45,549 nt of DNA, from positions 1 through 45,549 of IMG/VR virus record IMGVR_UViG_3300022895_000224, one strand, 5' to 3'. Source of the DNA: a virus (lineage: Duplodnaviria > Caudoviricetes). Of this stretch, positions 25,824 to 36,600 are shown one piece after another; within the stretch, counting starts at the first letter, position 1, and every line of letters begins with the position of its first letter. Under the pieces are notes generated by a model. It ran no database searches. It saw only the letters and a program-made list of their open reading frames with translations, and was not told where the DNA came from. A program made the translations under genes and the position numbers.

Positions 25824-27242
25824 ATGAACGAATACATCACCTACATCGATGAAAAAGGCGTTACGTCTCTATTACTTAATAAACTAGTAGATGAGACTAA
25901 GGCTGAACGCAACAAGCGACTACTCAACTACAATCGGTACAAAGCAGAAGTATCAGCAGTGCCAATTTTAACACGTAAACCAACTGATTATGCTCAAGGT
26001 AATGACCATGTGGTTCGTGTTGACGATAAGGTGAACAATACACTTAATAACCCTTTAGACGCTGAAATTGTAGATACAAAGGTCGGCTATATGTTCGGTA
26101 ATCCAATTTCATACGTAGTAGACAAACAAGCTCAAGGCCTTGATAAATTATCAGAGGTGATTGAGCTTTTTAATTTGCGTAATTCTGTTGATGATTTGGA
26201 CAGTGAGTCAGGCAAGAAAACAGCTATTTGCGGTTATTCAGCTCGACTGCTTTACATTGATACGGATGGAAATGAACGAGTTACAACAATAGACCCTTGG
26301 GAAACTATCATCCTTTCAGAAACAGCAGATGTTAGTGAACCTAAATACGCTATGCGATATTTCAAAAGTGCTGAACTAGATGCTGAGGGTGAAAAAGTAG
26401 AAATCGAGCAACTAGTGTTTTACGATGCAACAACTGAAAGACTCTACGCGCGCGCTGATACTGATTCACCTTTTGTTTTGAAAGACGAAAGGAAGCACTT
26501 ATTCGACTATTGCCCTTTATTCGGTGTTCCCAATAACGAGGAGCTGCAGGGTGATGCAGACAAGGTGTACAACCTCATCGATGCTTATGACCGAACGCTA
26601 TCGGATGCATCAAATGAAATTGAACAGTTCCGATTGGCCTATCTGGTTCTTAAAGGAATGGGGATGGATGACGAAGATGCGAAGAAGGTTGCTCGAACTG
26701 GCATCTTTGAGTTGATGGGTGAAGATGACGACATTAAATATCTAACCAAAGATGTTAATGATCAAATGATCGAGAACCATTTAAACCGCTTAGAAGAGAA
26801 TATCATGCGCCTTGCAAAGAGTGTAAATTTCAGTGATGAATCATTCGCAGGTAATGCAAGTGGAGTGGCTATGAAGTATAAACTCATGGCACTTGAGAAC
26901 AAATGTAAAACGATGGAACGTAAGTTTACTACTGCTCTTCGATACCAATTTAAAGTGCTATGTAGTGCATGGGCAAAGAAGGGCATCTGTTCTAGTGATG
27001 ATTACTTGAAGTTGTGGTTCGAATACAAGCGGAACATTCCGATTGATTTATTATCAGAAGCCCAAGCTTCGCAAGCGTTAAAAGGGTTAGTGTCAGAGCG
27101 TACTCGTCTTTCTAAGTTATCAATTGTAGATGATGTAGAGTATGAACTTGAAGAAATGCAGAAGGATGAACAACTGTTTGGCAACGGACTTGAACCTTTG
27201 AACGAGGATGACGATGATTCCAAAGAAGTTGATGACTCATGA
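25824..27242 (+). CDS. Portal protein, SPP1 gp6-like
   Basis: IVDTKVGYMFGNP, LIDAYD..LSD..NE, SGVAMKYKL. Confidence 0.93.
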   Translation: MNEYITYIDEKGVTSLLLNKLVDETKAERNKRLLNYNRYKAEVSAVPILTRKPTDYAQGNDHVVRVDDKVNNTLNNPLDAEIVDTKVGYMFGNPISYVVDKQAQGLDKLSEVIELFNLRNSVDDLDSESGKKTAICGYSARLLYIDTDGNERVTTIDPWETIILSETADVSEPKYAMRYFKSAELDAEGEKVEIEQLVFYDATTERLYARADTDSPFVLKDERKHLFDYCPLFGVPNNEELQGDADKVYNLIDAYDRTLSDASNEIEQFRLAYLVLKGMGMDDEDAKKVARTGIFELMGEDDDIKYLTKDVNDQMIENHLNRLEENIMRLAKSVNFSDESFAGNASGVAMKYKLMALENKCKTMERKFTTALRYQFKVLCSAWAKKGICSSDDYLKLWFEYKRNIPIDLLSEAQASQALKGLVSERTRLSKLSIVDDVEYELEEMQKDEQLFGNGLEPLNEDDDDSKEVDDS

Positions 27243-28258
27243 ATCAACAGGAAATCAACCGTATCTTAGATGGGTTAGAGTCAAGGGCTGAGAAAGACAT
27301 CGAGGTTGTTTTTACGAGACGATTAAAGACGATACTCGCACAAATGTTAGAAATGCACCGCAAGTTTGGTAAGAACGTCCAAGCTACTTGGACTGATGTC
27401 AACAAGTACAATCGCTTCAATCAGGAAATGAAGTTAATCGCTCAACAGTTAAATGCCGATTACAAAGAGATTATTAAGCTCATACAAGCGTCGCAGGAGC
27501 GTTTATACATTGAGAGATACTTATTAATGGCTTATCTCTTGCAACAGTCTACAGGTGAGGAAATGGGCTTTAAAATACCATCAGCAGAAGTGATTCAAGC
27601 AGTGTTAACTAATCCTGTTGAGTTTTTGACATTACCTAAGGTTTTTGAAGCCCACAGAAACGACATTATCAGGCGGTTGAACATAGAGATAGCCCAGAGT
27701 TTGCAGTCTGGCGAAAGCTATACAGACATGGCTATTAGAATTGAAAATGCAATGGGGTGGACACGAAAGAAAGCTATTCTTGTTGCTCGTACTGAAGGCG
27801 GCCGTGTGAGGTCGCAAGTTGATCTATCTATCGAAGAACAAGCGAGCAAAACGGCAAGGCTAACTAAGATATGGATGTCATCACTTGACATCAGGGTTCG
27901 CAAGTCCCATAGAAAGCTAGATGGTCAGAAGGCTGATAAAGAAGGCTATTTTCACTATGGAAAGTGGAAATCAAAAGCTCCAAGGTTATGGGGTGTTGCA
28001 TCAATGGATATACAGTGCCGTTGCCATACAATCTATATGGTTAATGGCAAGTTGCCAGAATATCGACGAGGTAGAGACTACATGGACGATACGTACCAAA
28101 AACAATTGGCTGCTCGTATTGATGCCTACATGTCTGATTTAGGTTTGACTTACAAACAAGCTTTCAGTAAGGCGTACAAAGAGGTTAAGCCACCTAGTGT
28201 TACTATGCCATTTGTGAGTTATGAAGAGTGGAAGAAAAAATTCAGTGGTGAGGGGTAG
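27239..28258 (+). CDS. Minor head protein (SPP1 gp7 / Mu F family)
   Basis: ARTE, W.S.LD.RVR.SH..LDGQ, IQCRC. Confidence 0.88.
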   Translation: MNQQEINRILDGLESRAEKDIEVVFTRRLKTILAQMLEMHRKFGKNVQATWTDVNKYNRFNQEMKLIAQQLNADYKEIIKLIQASQERLYIERYLLMAYLLQQSTGEEMGFKIPSAEVIQAVLTNPVEFLTLPKVFEAHRNDIIRRLNIEIAQSLQSGESYTDMAIRIENAMGWTRKKAILVARTEGGRVRSQVDLSIEEQASKTARLTKIWMSSLDIRVRKSHRKLDGQKADKEGYFHYGKWKSKAPRLWGVASMDIQCRCHTIYMVNGKLPEYRRGRDYMDDTYQKQLAARIDAYMSDLGLTYKQAFSKAYKEVKPPSVTMPFVSYEEWKKKFSGEG

Positions 28259-28370
28259 TAATACTGGATATACACGATCATCTGTTGCATCTTTCAAAGG
28301 CTGTTCTTGCGATTACAAGTGATAATGGTGTATTATAGCTTTCAAGTTGTAAACAAAAAGGACGGATGTA

Positions 28371-28556
28371 ATGAAATATAATAAGACAATTATGCTAAAG
28401 CTTATAAATGAACATCGAGCATTGCATGATGAATTAAAAAAGCTAAAATCTGAAATGGGTTTAGAGAAAAATTTCGCAGTAAAGGCTTTGTATCATTCAT
28501 ATGTTGCAGAAGATGGTCCCTATATGAAAGAATACCAAGATTTAGAGCGATTATAA
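28371..28556 (+). CDS. Small hypothetical moron protein
   Basis: AAAGGA RBS; isolated by intergenic gaps inside the head operon. Confidence 0.65.
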   Translation: MKYNKTIMLKLINEHRALHDELKKLKSEMGLEKNFAVKALYHSYVAEDGPYMKEYQDLERL

Positions 28557-28684
28557 TAAGACGTTGTGCCACTTAAGAGCTTGTTTTGGACAATCTTTTT
28601 TTTCAAAATATGCTCTTTATTTGATCTTCTATCAAGCCTAATATCTGTAATCTCATCTAATCTAACTTTATTATAAATCTACAC

Positions 28685-28716
28685 AAGTCATTCATTTTGA
28701 GTGGCTTTTTCTTTTT
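28685..28716 (+). terminator. Intrinsic terminator
   Basis: AAGTCATTCA-ttt-TGAGTGGCTT followed by TTTCTTTTT. Confidence 0.7.
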
Positions 28717-28813
28717 GTCTTTTTTCTCGCAGACGCTATAAAGAACGAGAAAAATATACTTTCGAACAGTTTAGGGATTCAATTTAATAACTAAATTGGG
28801 CAAGGAGGAAAAC

Positions 28814-29485
28814 ATGAATCAAAATCCATTCTATCTTAGAACTTTAATACCTTTAGATATTCAAATGCTTGCAGGAGAAGGTGATTCTAATCCGGAGCCA
28901 ACGCCTGAACCTACTCCGGAGCCAGCACCAGGAGGAAACGGTCAAGGGATTACGTTGTCACTTGAATCGGTTCAATCATTTTTAAACGACAATGATGAGG
29001 GTAAGAAATGGCTTCAATCATTTGCTGATACTCGAGTAACAGATGCTATTAAAACCTATGAAACTAAAACTCTTCCAAAGAAATTAGAAGATGAGATTTC
29101 CAAGCGTTACCCACCAGAATCGGAGGAGGCAAAACAGTTACGTGAGTTAAAAGCACAATTTGAACAATCTCAAAAAGAAGCAGCTCGTGAAAAGCTGTTT
29201 AATCAAGCATTGTCTACTGCTACTGAAAAGAGCCTTCCAGCAAAATTAGTAGAGTTCTTTGTAGGTGAAGATGCAGAAAAGACAACTGCTAATTTAGGCA
29301 TCTTAGAAGTTGAATTTAATGATGCTGTACAAGCAGAAGTTGATAAACGCTTCAAAGATGGGGGAACGCCACCGCCACCAAAAGGCGGTAATCCTACAGC
29401 ATTGACAAAAGAGGCAGTACTGAAAATGACGCCTGATGAAATCAATGAAAATTGGGATGAAATCGTGAAAAACAAATTACTATAA
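28814..29485 (+). CDS. Capsid scaffolding protein (DUF4355-like)
   Basis: LDIQMLA-type N-terminus, PEPT repeats, coiled coil; directly upstream of MCP; ATG 28814 after AAGGAGG. Confidence 0.85.
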   Translation: MNQNPFYLRTLIPLDIQMLAGEGDSNPEPTPEPTPEPAPGGNGQGITLSLESVQSFLNDNDEGKKWLQSFADTRVTDAIKTYETKTLPKKLEDEISKRYPPESEEAKQLRELKAQFEQSQKEAAREKLFNQALSTATEKSLPAKLVEFFVGEDAEKTTANLGILEVEFNDAVQAEVDKRFKDGGTPPPPKGGNPTALTKEAVLKMTPDEINENWDEIVKNKLL

Positions 29486-29513
29486 CCGATTATCGGTAAG
29501 GAGGAAATAACAT

Positions 29514-30374
29514 ATGGCTATTACAAACTTTATTCCAACAATCTGGTCAGCACGTTTACTTGCTAACCTACAAAAATCTTTAGTATTCGGGCAAGCAGGG
29601 GTAATCAATCGAGATTATGAAGGTGAGATCAAAGCTTACGGTGACACTGTAAAAATTAACGGCATTGGTGCTGTAACTATTGGTGATTATACGAAGAACT
29701 CGAATATGGGCGATCCAGAAGAGCTAACAGATCATACTCGATCACTACAAATTACTGAATCAAAATATTTTAACTTCCAGATTGATGATATTGATAAAAT
29801 TCAACAAAATCCAAAATTAATGGACGCTGCAATGGCTGAGGCTGCTTATGCACTTTCGAATGTTGCTGATCAATTTATTGCCTCTCATTATGTTCATGCA
29901 ACTAATACGATTGGTACTGATGCAGCACCAATTGATGTGACAAAAGATAATGCATATGAATACCTAGTAGACCTTTCTACTAAACTCGATGAATCAAATG
30001 TGCCAACTCAAGGTCGCTTTGCTGTTCTTCCACCATGGTACGAAGGTCTTTTATTAAAAGATGATCGCTTTGTAAGTTCAGGTGCTCTACCAGCTGACGA
30101 GCGCTTATTAAATGGTGTAGTAGGACGTGCAGCAGGATTTTTATTAATGAAATCTAATAATGCACCTTCTGTTGCTACAGATACTGGAGTGGTTGCAAAC
30201 TCAAAAATCATTGCTGGTCATAATATGGCCTGGACGTATGCTGAGCAAGCAGCACAGGTTGAAGGGTACCGCCCAGAGAAACGTTTTGCAGATGCTGTGA
30301 AAGGACTTCACTTATACGGAGCCAAAGTGACACGTCCAGAAGCCCTAGCAGTGTTATCAGCTAAACGTCCATAA
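29514..30374 (+). CDS. Major capsid protein
   Basis: FIPTIWSARLL, NRDYEGEI..GDTVKI, FADAVKGLHLYGAKV.RPEAL. Confidence 0.92.
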   Translation: MAITNFIPTIWSARLLANLQKSLVFGQAGVINRDYEGEIKAYGDTVKINGIGAVTIGDYTKNSNMGDPEELTDHTRSLQITESKYFNFQIDDIDKIQQNPKLMDAAMAEAAYALSNVADQFIASHYVHATNTIGTDAAPIDVTKDNAYEYLVDLSTKLDESNVPTQGRFAVLPPWYEGLLLKDDRFVSSGALPADERLLNGVVGRAAGFLLMKSNNAPSVATDTGVVANSKIIAGHNMAWTYAEQAAQVEGYRPEKRFADAVKGLHLYGAKVTRPEALAVLSAKRP

Positions 30375-30390
30375 TAAGGAGGGGTAATTC

Positions 30391-30549
30391 GTGTTAGTGA
30401 AAAACTTAAAAACAGATATTATCTGGGCGGTCACTGACGAACACGGTGCCCGTCTTTTACGTGCTGATGAATTTGAAGAGGTAGAAGCACCAAAGGCTAA
30501 ACGTGCTCCGGCAAAGAAATCTGAATCTGATAATGAATCAGAAAAGTAG
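30391..30549 (+). CDS. Small head-associated protein (52 aa; absent from ORF track)
   Basis: AAGGAGG RBS, GTG 30391, MLVKNLKTDIIWAVTDEHGARLL..., TAG 30547-30549. Confidence 0.75.
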   Translation: MLVKNLKTDIIWAVTDEHGARLLRADEFEEVEAPKAKRAPAKKSESDNESEK

Positions 30550-30557
30550 GTGGTCTT

Positions 30558-30884
30558 ATGTGGGAACCAACACAAGAAGAAATAGATCAACTAAAGCAAA
30601 TGAATAATGTAACAGGAGCTAAGCATGATGGATTTTATCGTGCAATGGCTCCTATTTTATTTGACGTAGCGAAAGACTATTGTAATGGCAAGTGGGAACC
30701 GTCAGAAATGCCACAGGGAGTTAGGTTGTTCATTGCTAAAGCCATACAGTTCAATATGCAAACAATGGGTCTGAAAGGGCGTGTAATGGGGACTGTATCG
30801 TATTCCTATGATACCGAATTTCCGAAAGCCATCTGGACTTATTTACGGCCATATAAGAAGGTGAGATTCCATGCTTTACGATGA
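30558..30884 (+). CDS. Head-tail connector (SPP1 gp15-like)
   Basis: Position; P.GV..F.AK, G.VSYSY....P......LRPY. Confidence 0.85.
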   Translation: MWEPTQEEIDQLKQMNNVTGAKHDGFYRAMAPILFDVAKDYCNGKWEPSEMPQGVRLFIAKAIQFNMQTMGLKGRVMGTVSYSYDTEFPKAIWTYLRPYKKVRFHALR

Positions 30885-31197
30885 TGAGTTTCCTCATACA
30901 ATCGAAGTGGTTGAGAAAAAACGTGTTCCAGATGGCACTGGTGGTTTTAAAACTGAATGGGTGGCAGTGGATACCATAGAGGCATTTGTTGATACACCAA
31001 CATCAAAAGAGAAATTACTTGCACATCAAGTACAGAATCCTCTTGAACGTTATATGTATTATCAATATCGGACTGATTTAAAGTCAGATATGCGATTACG
31101 TTATGAAGGTGAAATTTATGCTTTCGCAGGTCGTCCTGAAGATCAAGGCGGCCAACACGAAATCATGAGAGTCGCATTAAAGTTGGTGACAGAATAA
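30871..31197 (+). CDS. Head closure/stopper (SPP1 gp16-like)
   Basis: Position; DG.GG...W motif. Confidence 0.85.
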   Translation: MLYDDEFPHTIEVVEKKRVPDGTGGFKTEWVAVDTIEAFVDTPTSKEKLLAHQVQNPLERYMYYQYRTDLKSDMRLRYEGEIYAFAGRPEDQGGQHEIMRVALKLVTE

Positions 31198-31613
31198 TGG
31201 CTAGGATTACTTTTAGTGGACATCAGTTATTACGAGCTGCATCAAAATTTGAGAGAACATTGCTAAATAAAATATCAGATATTGTTTACGAAACAGCAAG
31301 GCTCATACAGACTGAAGCGAAAGCTCTAGCGCCTGTTGATGATGGAAGTTTAAGCGCCTCTATCGAAATGAAAATGCTTGGCAAATACAATGCTGTAGTT
31401 ACAGTTGGCGCACACTATGCTATCTATGTAGAACATGGCACAGGCATTTATGCTGAGAACGGAAACGGTCGTAGGACACCTTGGACGTATTTCAGTACGA
31501 AACTTGGCCGGTATGTAACCACTGAGGGTATGAGAGCCCAACCATTTTGGGGTCCTGCTGTAGAGTCAGGTCAACGTTACTTTGAGACAGAAATGCGGAG
31601 GTTAGGACTATGA
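31197..31613 (+). CDS. HK97 gp10-like neck/tail completion protein
   Basis: APVDDG.L..SI, YA.YVEHGT, AQPF..PA. Confidence 0.88.
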   Translation: MARITFSGHQLLRAASKFERTLLNKISDIVYETARLIQTEAKALAPVDDGSLSASIEMKMLGKYNAVVTVGAHYAIYVEHGTGIYAENGNGRRTPWTYFSTKLGRYVTTEGMRAQPFWGPAVESGQRYFETEMRRLGL

Positions 31614-32032
31614 GTTATTTTATACTTCCGTTTTTGGAAATTCAGACAGCAATTTATCAGAAATTAAAAGCAAGCCCACATTTACAGACACTAGGAGTAG
31701 AAGTATACGATACTCCTGATGAAAATACACCCTATCCATACGTAACGATTGGAGAGCCTTACAGTAATCCACTCGATACAAAGACAAGTAATAGAGAGCA
31801 AGTTACTTTCACAATACATGCTTGGCGAAAAGACAATGATGAATCAACAGGTAAACGCATCCTCTATGAGATATTAAGTGCTTGCCAACAGGCTTTAATA
31901 ACTCGTAGGTACTCTATTAATGGCCTAACAGTATTAGACGTTACTAGGGATGGGGCTCAAGTGTTTAATGATGTAGAAGTAGGACTTAAACATGGCGTGC
32001 TTACAGTGCGTTACAAAGTACAAATAAATTAG
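31610..32032 (+). CDS. Tail terminator (DUF3168 / SPP1 gp17-like)
   Basis: Q.AIY..L, VYD.P....YPYV.IGE, HGVL. Confidence 0.85.
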   Translation: MSYFILPFLEIQTAIYQKLKASPHLQTLGVEVYDTPDENTPYPYVTIGEPYSNPLDTKTSNREQVTFTIHAWRKDNDESTGKRILYEILSACQQALITRRYSINGLTVLDVTRDGAQVFNDVEVGLKHGVLTVRYKVQIN

Positions 32033-32042
32033 GAGTGATATA

Positions 32043-32831
32043 ATGGCACGTTTAAACGGTAAAGATAGTTTATTACTCGTTCAACCTTCTGATAACGCTT
32101 TGGGCGCAGAAGGTTTTTTAATTGGAGATCAAACCGAACATACACATTCTTATGAGCGTGAGTTAACGGATGAACAAACGAAATTCGGACGTATCTTAGG
32201 TCCTGGACAGTTATCTGAATCCTTAGATGTAACTTTTTACGGAAACACCGATGATCCTGGTCAAGCTGCAGTACTTGAGGCCATTCAAAAAGGTACTCAA
32301 TTAAAGGTGTGGGAAGTTGAAAAACACCTAAATAAAAATGGTAAGCATAATTCATTATTTGCTTACACATATGTTGAATCACTCGAGAAATCAGCGCCTA
32401 CTGATGGATTTATAGAAATATCAGCTACTTTACAAGTGTTGAATACCTCCAAAAAAGGTGAAATGAATCCTCTACCTGATGATGTGCTTAACTTTGGTGA
32501 TTACGAATACGAAAACCCAGGTGAGAAAACAGGTGAGTTTAATGGTGAGGAAACAGATCCTACTCCACAAACACCAGTGGCAGTAACTGGTCTATCAGTG
32601 AATCCGACAACATTGACAGTCGGCGTAGGTGATACAGAAAATATTGTCACTAATGTAGTACCAGTGAACGCGACAAATAAATCAGTGACATTTACATCGA
32701 GCGATGAAGCAATTGCTACTGTGAATGCGCAAGGTGTTGTAACAGGCGTTGCAGATGGTTCAGCTACAATTACAGCAACAACAGTCGATGGTGGATTTAC
32801 GGCAACAACAGCAGTGACAGTAACTGTATAA
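32043..32831 (+). CDS. Major tail tube protein with C-terminal Ig-like (Big_2) domain
   Basis: TP901-1-type N-terminal part; VAVTGLSV.P...ATNKSVTFTSSD..IATV...G.VTGV..G.ATITATT.DGG. Confidence 0.9.
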   Translation: MARLNGKDSLLLVQPSDNALGAEGFLIGDQTEHTHSYERELTDEQTKFGRILGPGQLSESLDVTFYGNTDDPGQAAVLEAIQKGTQLKVWEVEKHLNKNGKHNSLFAYTYVESLEKSAPTDGFIEISATLQVLNTSKKGEMNPLPDDVLNFGDYEYENPGEKTGEFNGEETDPTPQTPVAVTGLSVNPTTLTVGVGDTENIVTNVVPVNATNKSVTFTSSDEAIATVNAQGVVTGVADGSATITATTVDGGFTATTAVTVTV

Positions 32832-32840
32832 ACGAACGAG

Positions 32841-32866
32841 AGAGGGCTAATTAGCTCTCTTTTTTT
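32841..32866 (+). terminator. Intrinsic terminator
   Basis: AGAGGGCT-aatt-AGCTCTCT followed by TTTTTT. Confidence 0.75.
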
Positions 32867-32897
32867 ATTGAAAACAAACAGAAAAGGATGATTTTAA

Positions 32898-33401
32898 ATG
32901 GCTCAATTATTAATTGGTGAAGCAACACATACAGCAAAATTTACTTTCGCTTTTAAAAATAAGGCAGATAAGGAATTTAATGATTTAGATTCCCATGGAA
33001 ATCGACCAGGTGGATTTAATCAAATTTATCAAGGTTTATTGCAATTTGATTTAGATGCATTACGTGCGTTTTGGATGTGTGGATTAGCTCATTTATCTAA
33101 ACAACCAAGTAAAGCTGATATTGAGGCAGCACTTGAAAAACGAATCGAGGAAGATGGGGATGTAGAACCTCTATTCCAAGAGGCTTTTCGTGAAATTGAC
33201 GAATCGGGTTTTTTCAAAAAAGCTGTCAAGATATTCTGGGAGAACTTAGATCTATTCGACAAGATCGCATCCGAGGAAGAAAAAGAGCAAGCGACAGCAG
33301 GGGTCGAAATGATGAAATCAGCGAGAAACGAATTATTAGGGAACAAACAGATCGAGTTAGAGAAATCAGCCAAATCTACCGAGATGCAGCAAGATATTTA
33401 A
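32898..33401 (+). CDS. Tail assembly chaperone (gpG-like)
   Basis: Between MTP and TMP; contains ESGFF encoded by a GGGTTTTTTC slippery run. Confidence 0.85.
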   Translation: MAQLLIGEATHTAKFTFAFKNKADKEFNDLDSHGNRPGGFNQIYQGLLQFDLDALRAFWMCGLAHLSKQPSKADIEAALEKRIEEDGDVEPLFQEAFREIDESGFFKKAVKIFWENLDLFDKIASEEEKEQATAGVEMMKSARNELLGNKQIELEKSAKSTEMQQDI

Positions 33402-33679
33402 AAGTTTATGACCCTGAGCTAATTCTCTCTTGGCGGCCAAGTGAGTTTCGGGCTTTTCTGGAAGGTGCCCAAGATGCTCGCATAGACCATTATCAATCAT
33501 TGGCAGATGCAGCCATGTTTAATCGAGTGGCAACTAATAAACAACGAATTAATCCTAAGCGTGATTTATTTGATGCTGATAAGGTGAGACAACCATCACA
33601 ACAAAGAGCAATTAGCCCTGAGGTTAAGAAACGTCAATATGCAAAAGCGATGGCAGCACTAAAAAACTGGAAGCCATAG
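33206..33679 (+). CDS. -1 frameshift extension of the tail chaperone (gpGT-like)
   Basis: The -1 frame opens just before G GGT TTT (33206-33212) and stays open to TAG 33677-33679, ending ...IYRDAARYLKVYDPELILSWRPSEF...LKNWKP; no start with an RBS seen at its 5' end. Confidence 0.8.
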   Translation, partial: GFFQKSCQDILGELRSIRQDRIRGRKRASDSRGRNDEISEKRIIREQTDRVREISQIYRDAARYLKVYDPELILSWRPSEFRAFLEGAQDARIDHYQSLADAAMFNRVATNKQRINPKRDLFDADKVRQPSQQRAISPEVKKRQYAKAMAALKNWKP

Positions 33680-33692
33680 AAAGGAGAACGCT

Positions 33693-36600
33693 ATGATCAG
33701 TAGGTTTTCAGCCGCAATTGGGGCAAAAATCACAGAATTTATGTCACGTATGCGACTGGTTCGTGAAACGATACGTTCATCGGCTCGTGATGTACGGGTT
33801 GATATTGGGGCTGATGTAAGTCGATTTAATCGCCGTATGGCTGAAATTCGAGCTCGTATAGCAGCACTTATTCGAGATAAAGTTATCGTCAAAATCGAAG
33901 CACGAATCGAAAATTTCCAAAGGCAAATCCAGCGTATCGCTACTAACATTCGGGCATTTGGCGAATTGATGCAACACACCTTAATGGGTTCAATAATGGC
34001 TGTTTTACCCATGATTGCACCGTTAATAGCAAATATTGGAGTAGCTATTGCAAATCTAGGTCCAATGATTGGGACGGTAGTAGGTTCGACTTTTGCCTTA
34101 GTAGGGGCATTCGCGGCAGCAGGTGCAGCAGCAGTGGCATTTACAGCAGTAGCAATACCAACAATAAAAGATTTATTCAATGAAACAGGACCGCCATTTA
34201 CTGCCCTACAAAAGAAAGCGTGGAACACATTTGAATCAGTAAAAGGAACATATCGTTCACTTGTGAAAGAGACTGAAAAGCCAGTATTACAAGCTTTTAC
34301 AAGTGCGATGCAAGCATCAAATACCATACTCAATAAGTTACGGCCATTATTTTTATCAAGTGCTCAAGCAGTGGCCAATCTATTGGCTCAATTAAACACA
34401 GCGATTGGCACACCTCCGATTCAAAACTTTTTAGACTATCTGAATAAAACCGGTGCGCCAATGTTAGAAACGTTAGCTCGTTCGATTGGGAATGTTTTTA
34501 AAGGTTTATTTTCTATGTTAACAGCTTTTGCTCCATTAACAGCAACTACAGCAAAAGGCTTTGAGGAAATGACAGCACGTTTTGCAGAGTGGTCTAATGG
34601 GTTATCCAGTAGCACAAAATTCCAAGCATTCATGGACTATGTAAACGAAAATATGCCAAAAATTCGAGCTATCTTCCGTGATGCAACAGCTGGACTCATT
34701 TACTTCTTTGCAGCATTTGGTGGATCTTCAAGCGACATGATGACAGGCCTTGCGAATATGATGGCGCGATTTAAAGAGTGGTCAGCAAGTCTATCTCAAA
34801 ATCAAGGATTCCAAACATTCCTGTCTTATGTTCAACAAACAGTACCAGGGGTACTTCAATTAATCGGAAATCTAACAACATTCTTAGTGAATTTAGGTAT
34901 TGGTATGGCACCAGTTGGCGCAGGGCTAATGAACATTGTAAATAGTTTTCTAGAGTTTATGAATAGTGGTATGGAAAGTAATCGGATTATTGGAGTGCTG
35001 TTAGCTAGTTTTATCTCAATTGGAGGGGTTTTACTCGCAGTTGTTCCTAACATTATTGCTTTTAGAGAACTTTTCAAAGGGTTAGGTCCAGCTATTTCCG
35101 GTGGTTTAGGAAAAGCATTAACTTTTGTCACTGGATTATTTACTAACTTCAGTGCCACTATAGCTCCTCTCGGTGCAAAAATAATTGCAACTGCTACAAA
35201 AGTGGGTAGGGCTATCGGGCTTATCACAAGTCCTGTTGGATTAGCTATTATGGCAATTGCGGCTCTAATCGCCATCTTCGTAAAAATGTACAAAACGAAC
35301 GAAGAGTTTCGAAATAACGTGGATAAAGCTTGGAAGGCAATAAAAGAGGTCATCTCTTCTGTAGTAAAAGAAATCTTATCGGTTGTTACATCAGTATGGG
35401 GTAAGGTCACAAAGTTTTGGGAAGAGAACCAAGAATCTATTATGAAAATTGTTAACACTGCTTGGAAACTTATTCAGGAGGGGATTAACTTTGCGTTAAA
35501 TAACATTCTTGCTATATTCCAAATGGTTTGGCCAATCATTTCAGGAGTCGTCGAAGTTGCATGGAACCTTATTAAAACTGCAGTGAAAATTGGTATTGAT
35601 TTAGTTTTAGGTATCATTCAAACAGTCATGCAACTCATCAACGGTGATTGGGAAGGTGCTTGGAATACCATAAAATCAACTGGGGAAAGCATTTGGAACT
35701 CAATAGTAGGATTCTTTGAAAAGGTAAATCTTTGGGATATAGGTGTAAACATTATCAAAGGTTTATTAGATGGTATTAACTCGATGTGGGAAAATGTAAA
35801 AAAAGCAGCAGCTGGTATAGCAGATTTAATCCCTGATTGGTTAAAGAAAAAACTAGGCATCCATTCTCCATCTAGGGTTATGGCAGAAGTCGCTAAGTGG
35901 ATTCCATCAGGAGTTGCACAAGGGGTTTATAACAATCTCGATTACATCAAACGCTCAGCTGATGACATGGCGAAAGCAGCTATTCCTGATTTCAAACAAA
36001 GTTTAGACTCCACAGCACAAACGATGGAAGCAGCTCGAAAGGTAGTATCTGCAAAGCTAAGAGAAATCAATGGTGAAGTAGAAACTATCGAAAAAGAGTA
36101 TGCGGCTAAACGTGCTGAAATAATCAAGAAAAATCAAGACAAGATTAATGAACTTGAAAAGAAAGCTCGTAGCAAAAATGTTGAAACACAGGCAAAAGCT
36201 CGTGATAAAAATAAAAAGTTAACTGCAGCACAGAATAGGCAAATTTTAAAAACAACTGCTGAACAACAACGGAATGTGTTGAAACTGCAAAAGCAAGAAG
36301 CTGCAGAACTTGAAAAGTTAGAAAAAGAAAAAGGTAAGAAAATTCAAGCAGTCCGTGAGAAAAGCGAAAAAGAAAAATTCGAAGCATTGAAACAGTACGC
36401 TGAACAACAAATAGGTTTAGAAAAGTGGTCCGCAAAAGAACAAGCTTCTTACTGGCAGTATATTTCAAAAACGTTCAAAGAGGGTACAGACGAACGTATC
36501 CAAGCTCAAATCGAGTACAACAAAGCAATGGCTGAGCTTACGAGTGAACAGTTTGGAAAAGAACAGAATTATGTGGAACGTCGTAAAAAGTACAACTTGA

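Noticed and set aside
28520-28680. Minus-strand open frame of about 50 codons downstream of the 28371 moron
   Set aside because: No start codon with an RBS at its 5' end; possibly a gene remnant but unsupported
29484-29498. ACCGAT-T-ATCGGT palindrome before the major capsid RBS
   Set aside because: Single short palindrome that does not match the early operator; function cannot be supported
32560-32831. Frameshift-dependent addition of the Ig domain to the major tail protein
   Set aside because: The Big_2 domain is already in frame, so no recoding is needed
33659-36468. Long minus-strand ORFs (224 aa, 200 aa and others) opposite the tape measure gene
   Set aside because: Antisense shadows of a codon-biased gene; no RBS or recognisable domains
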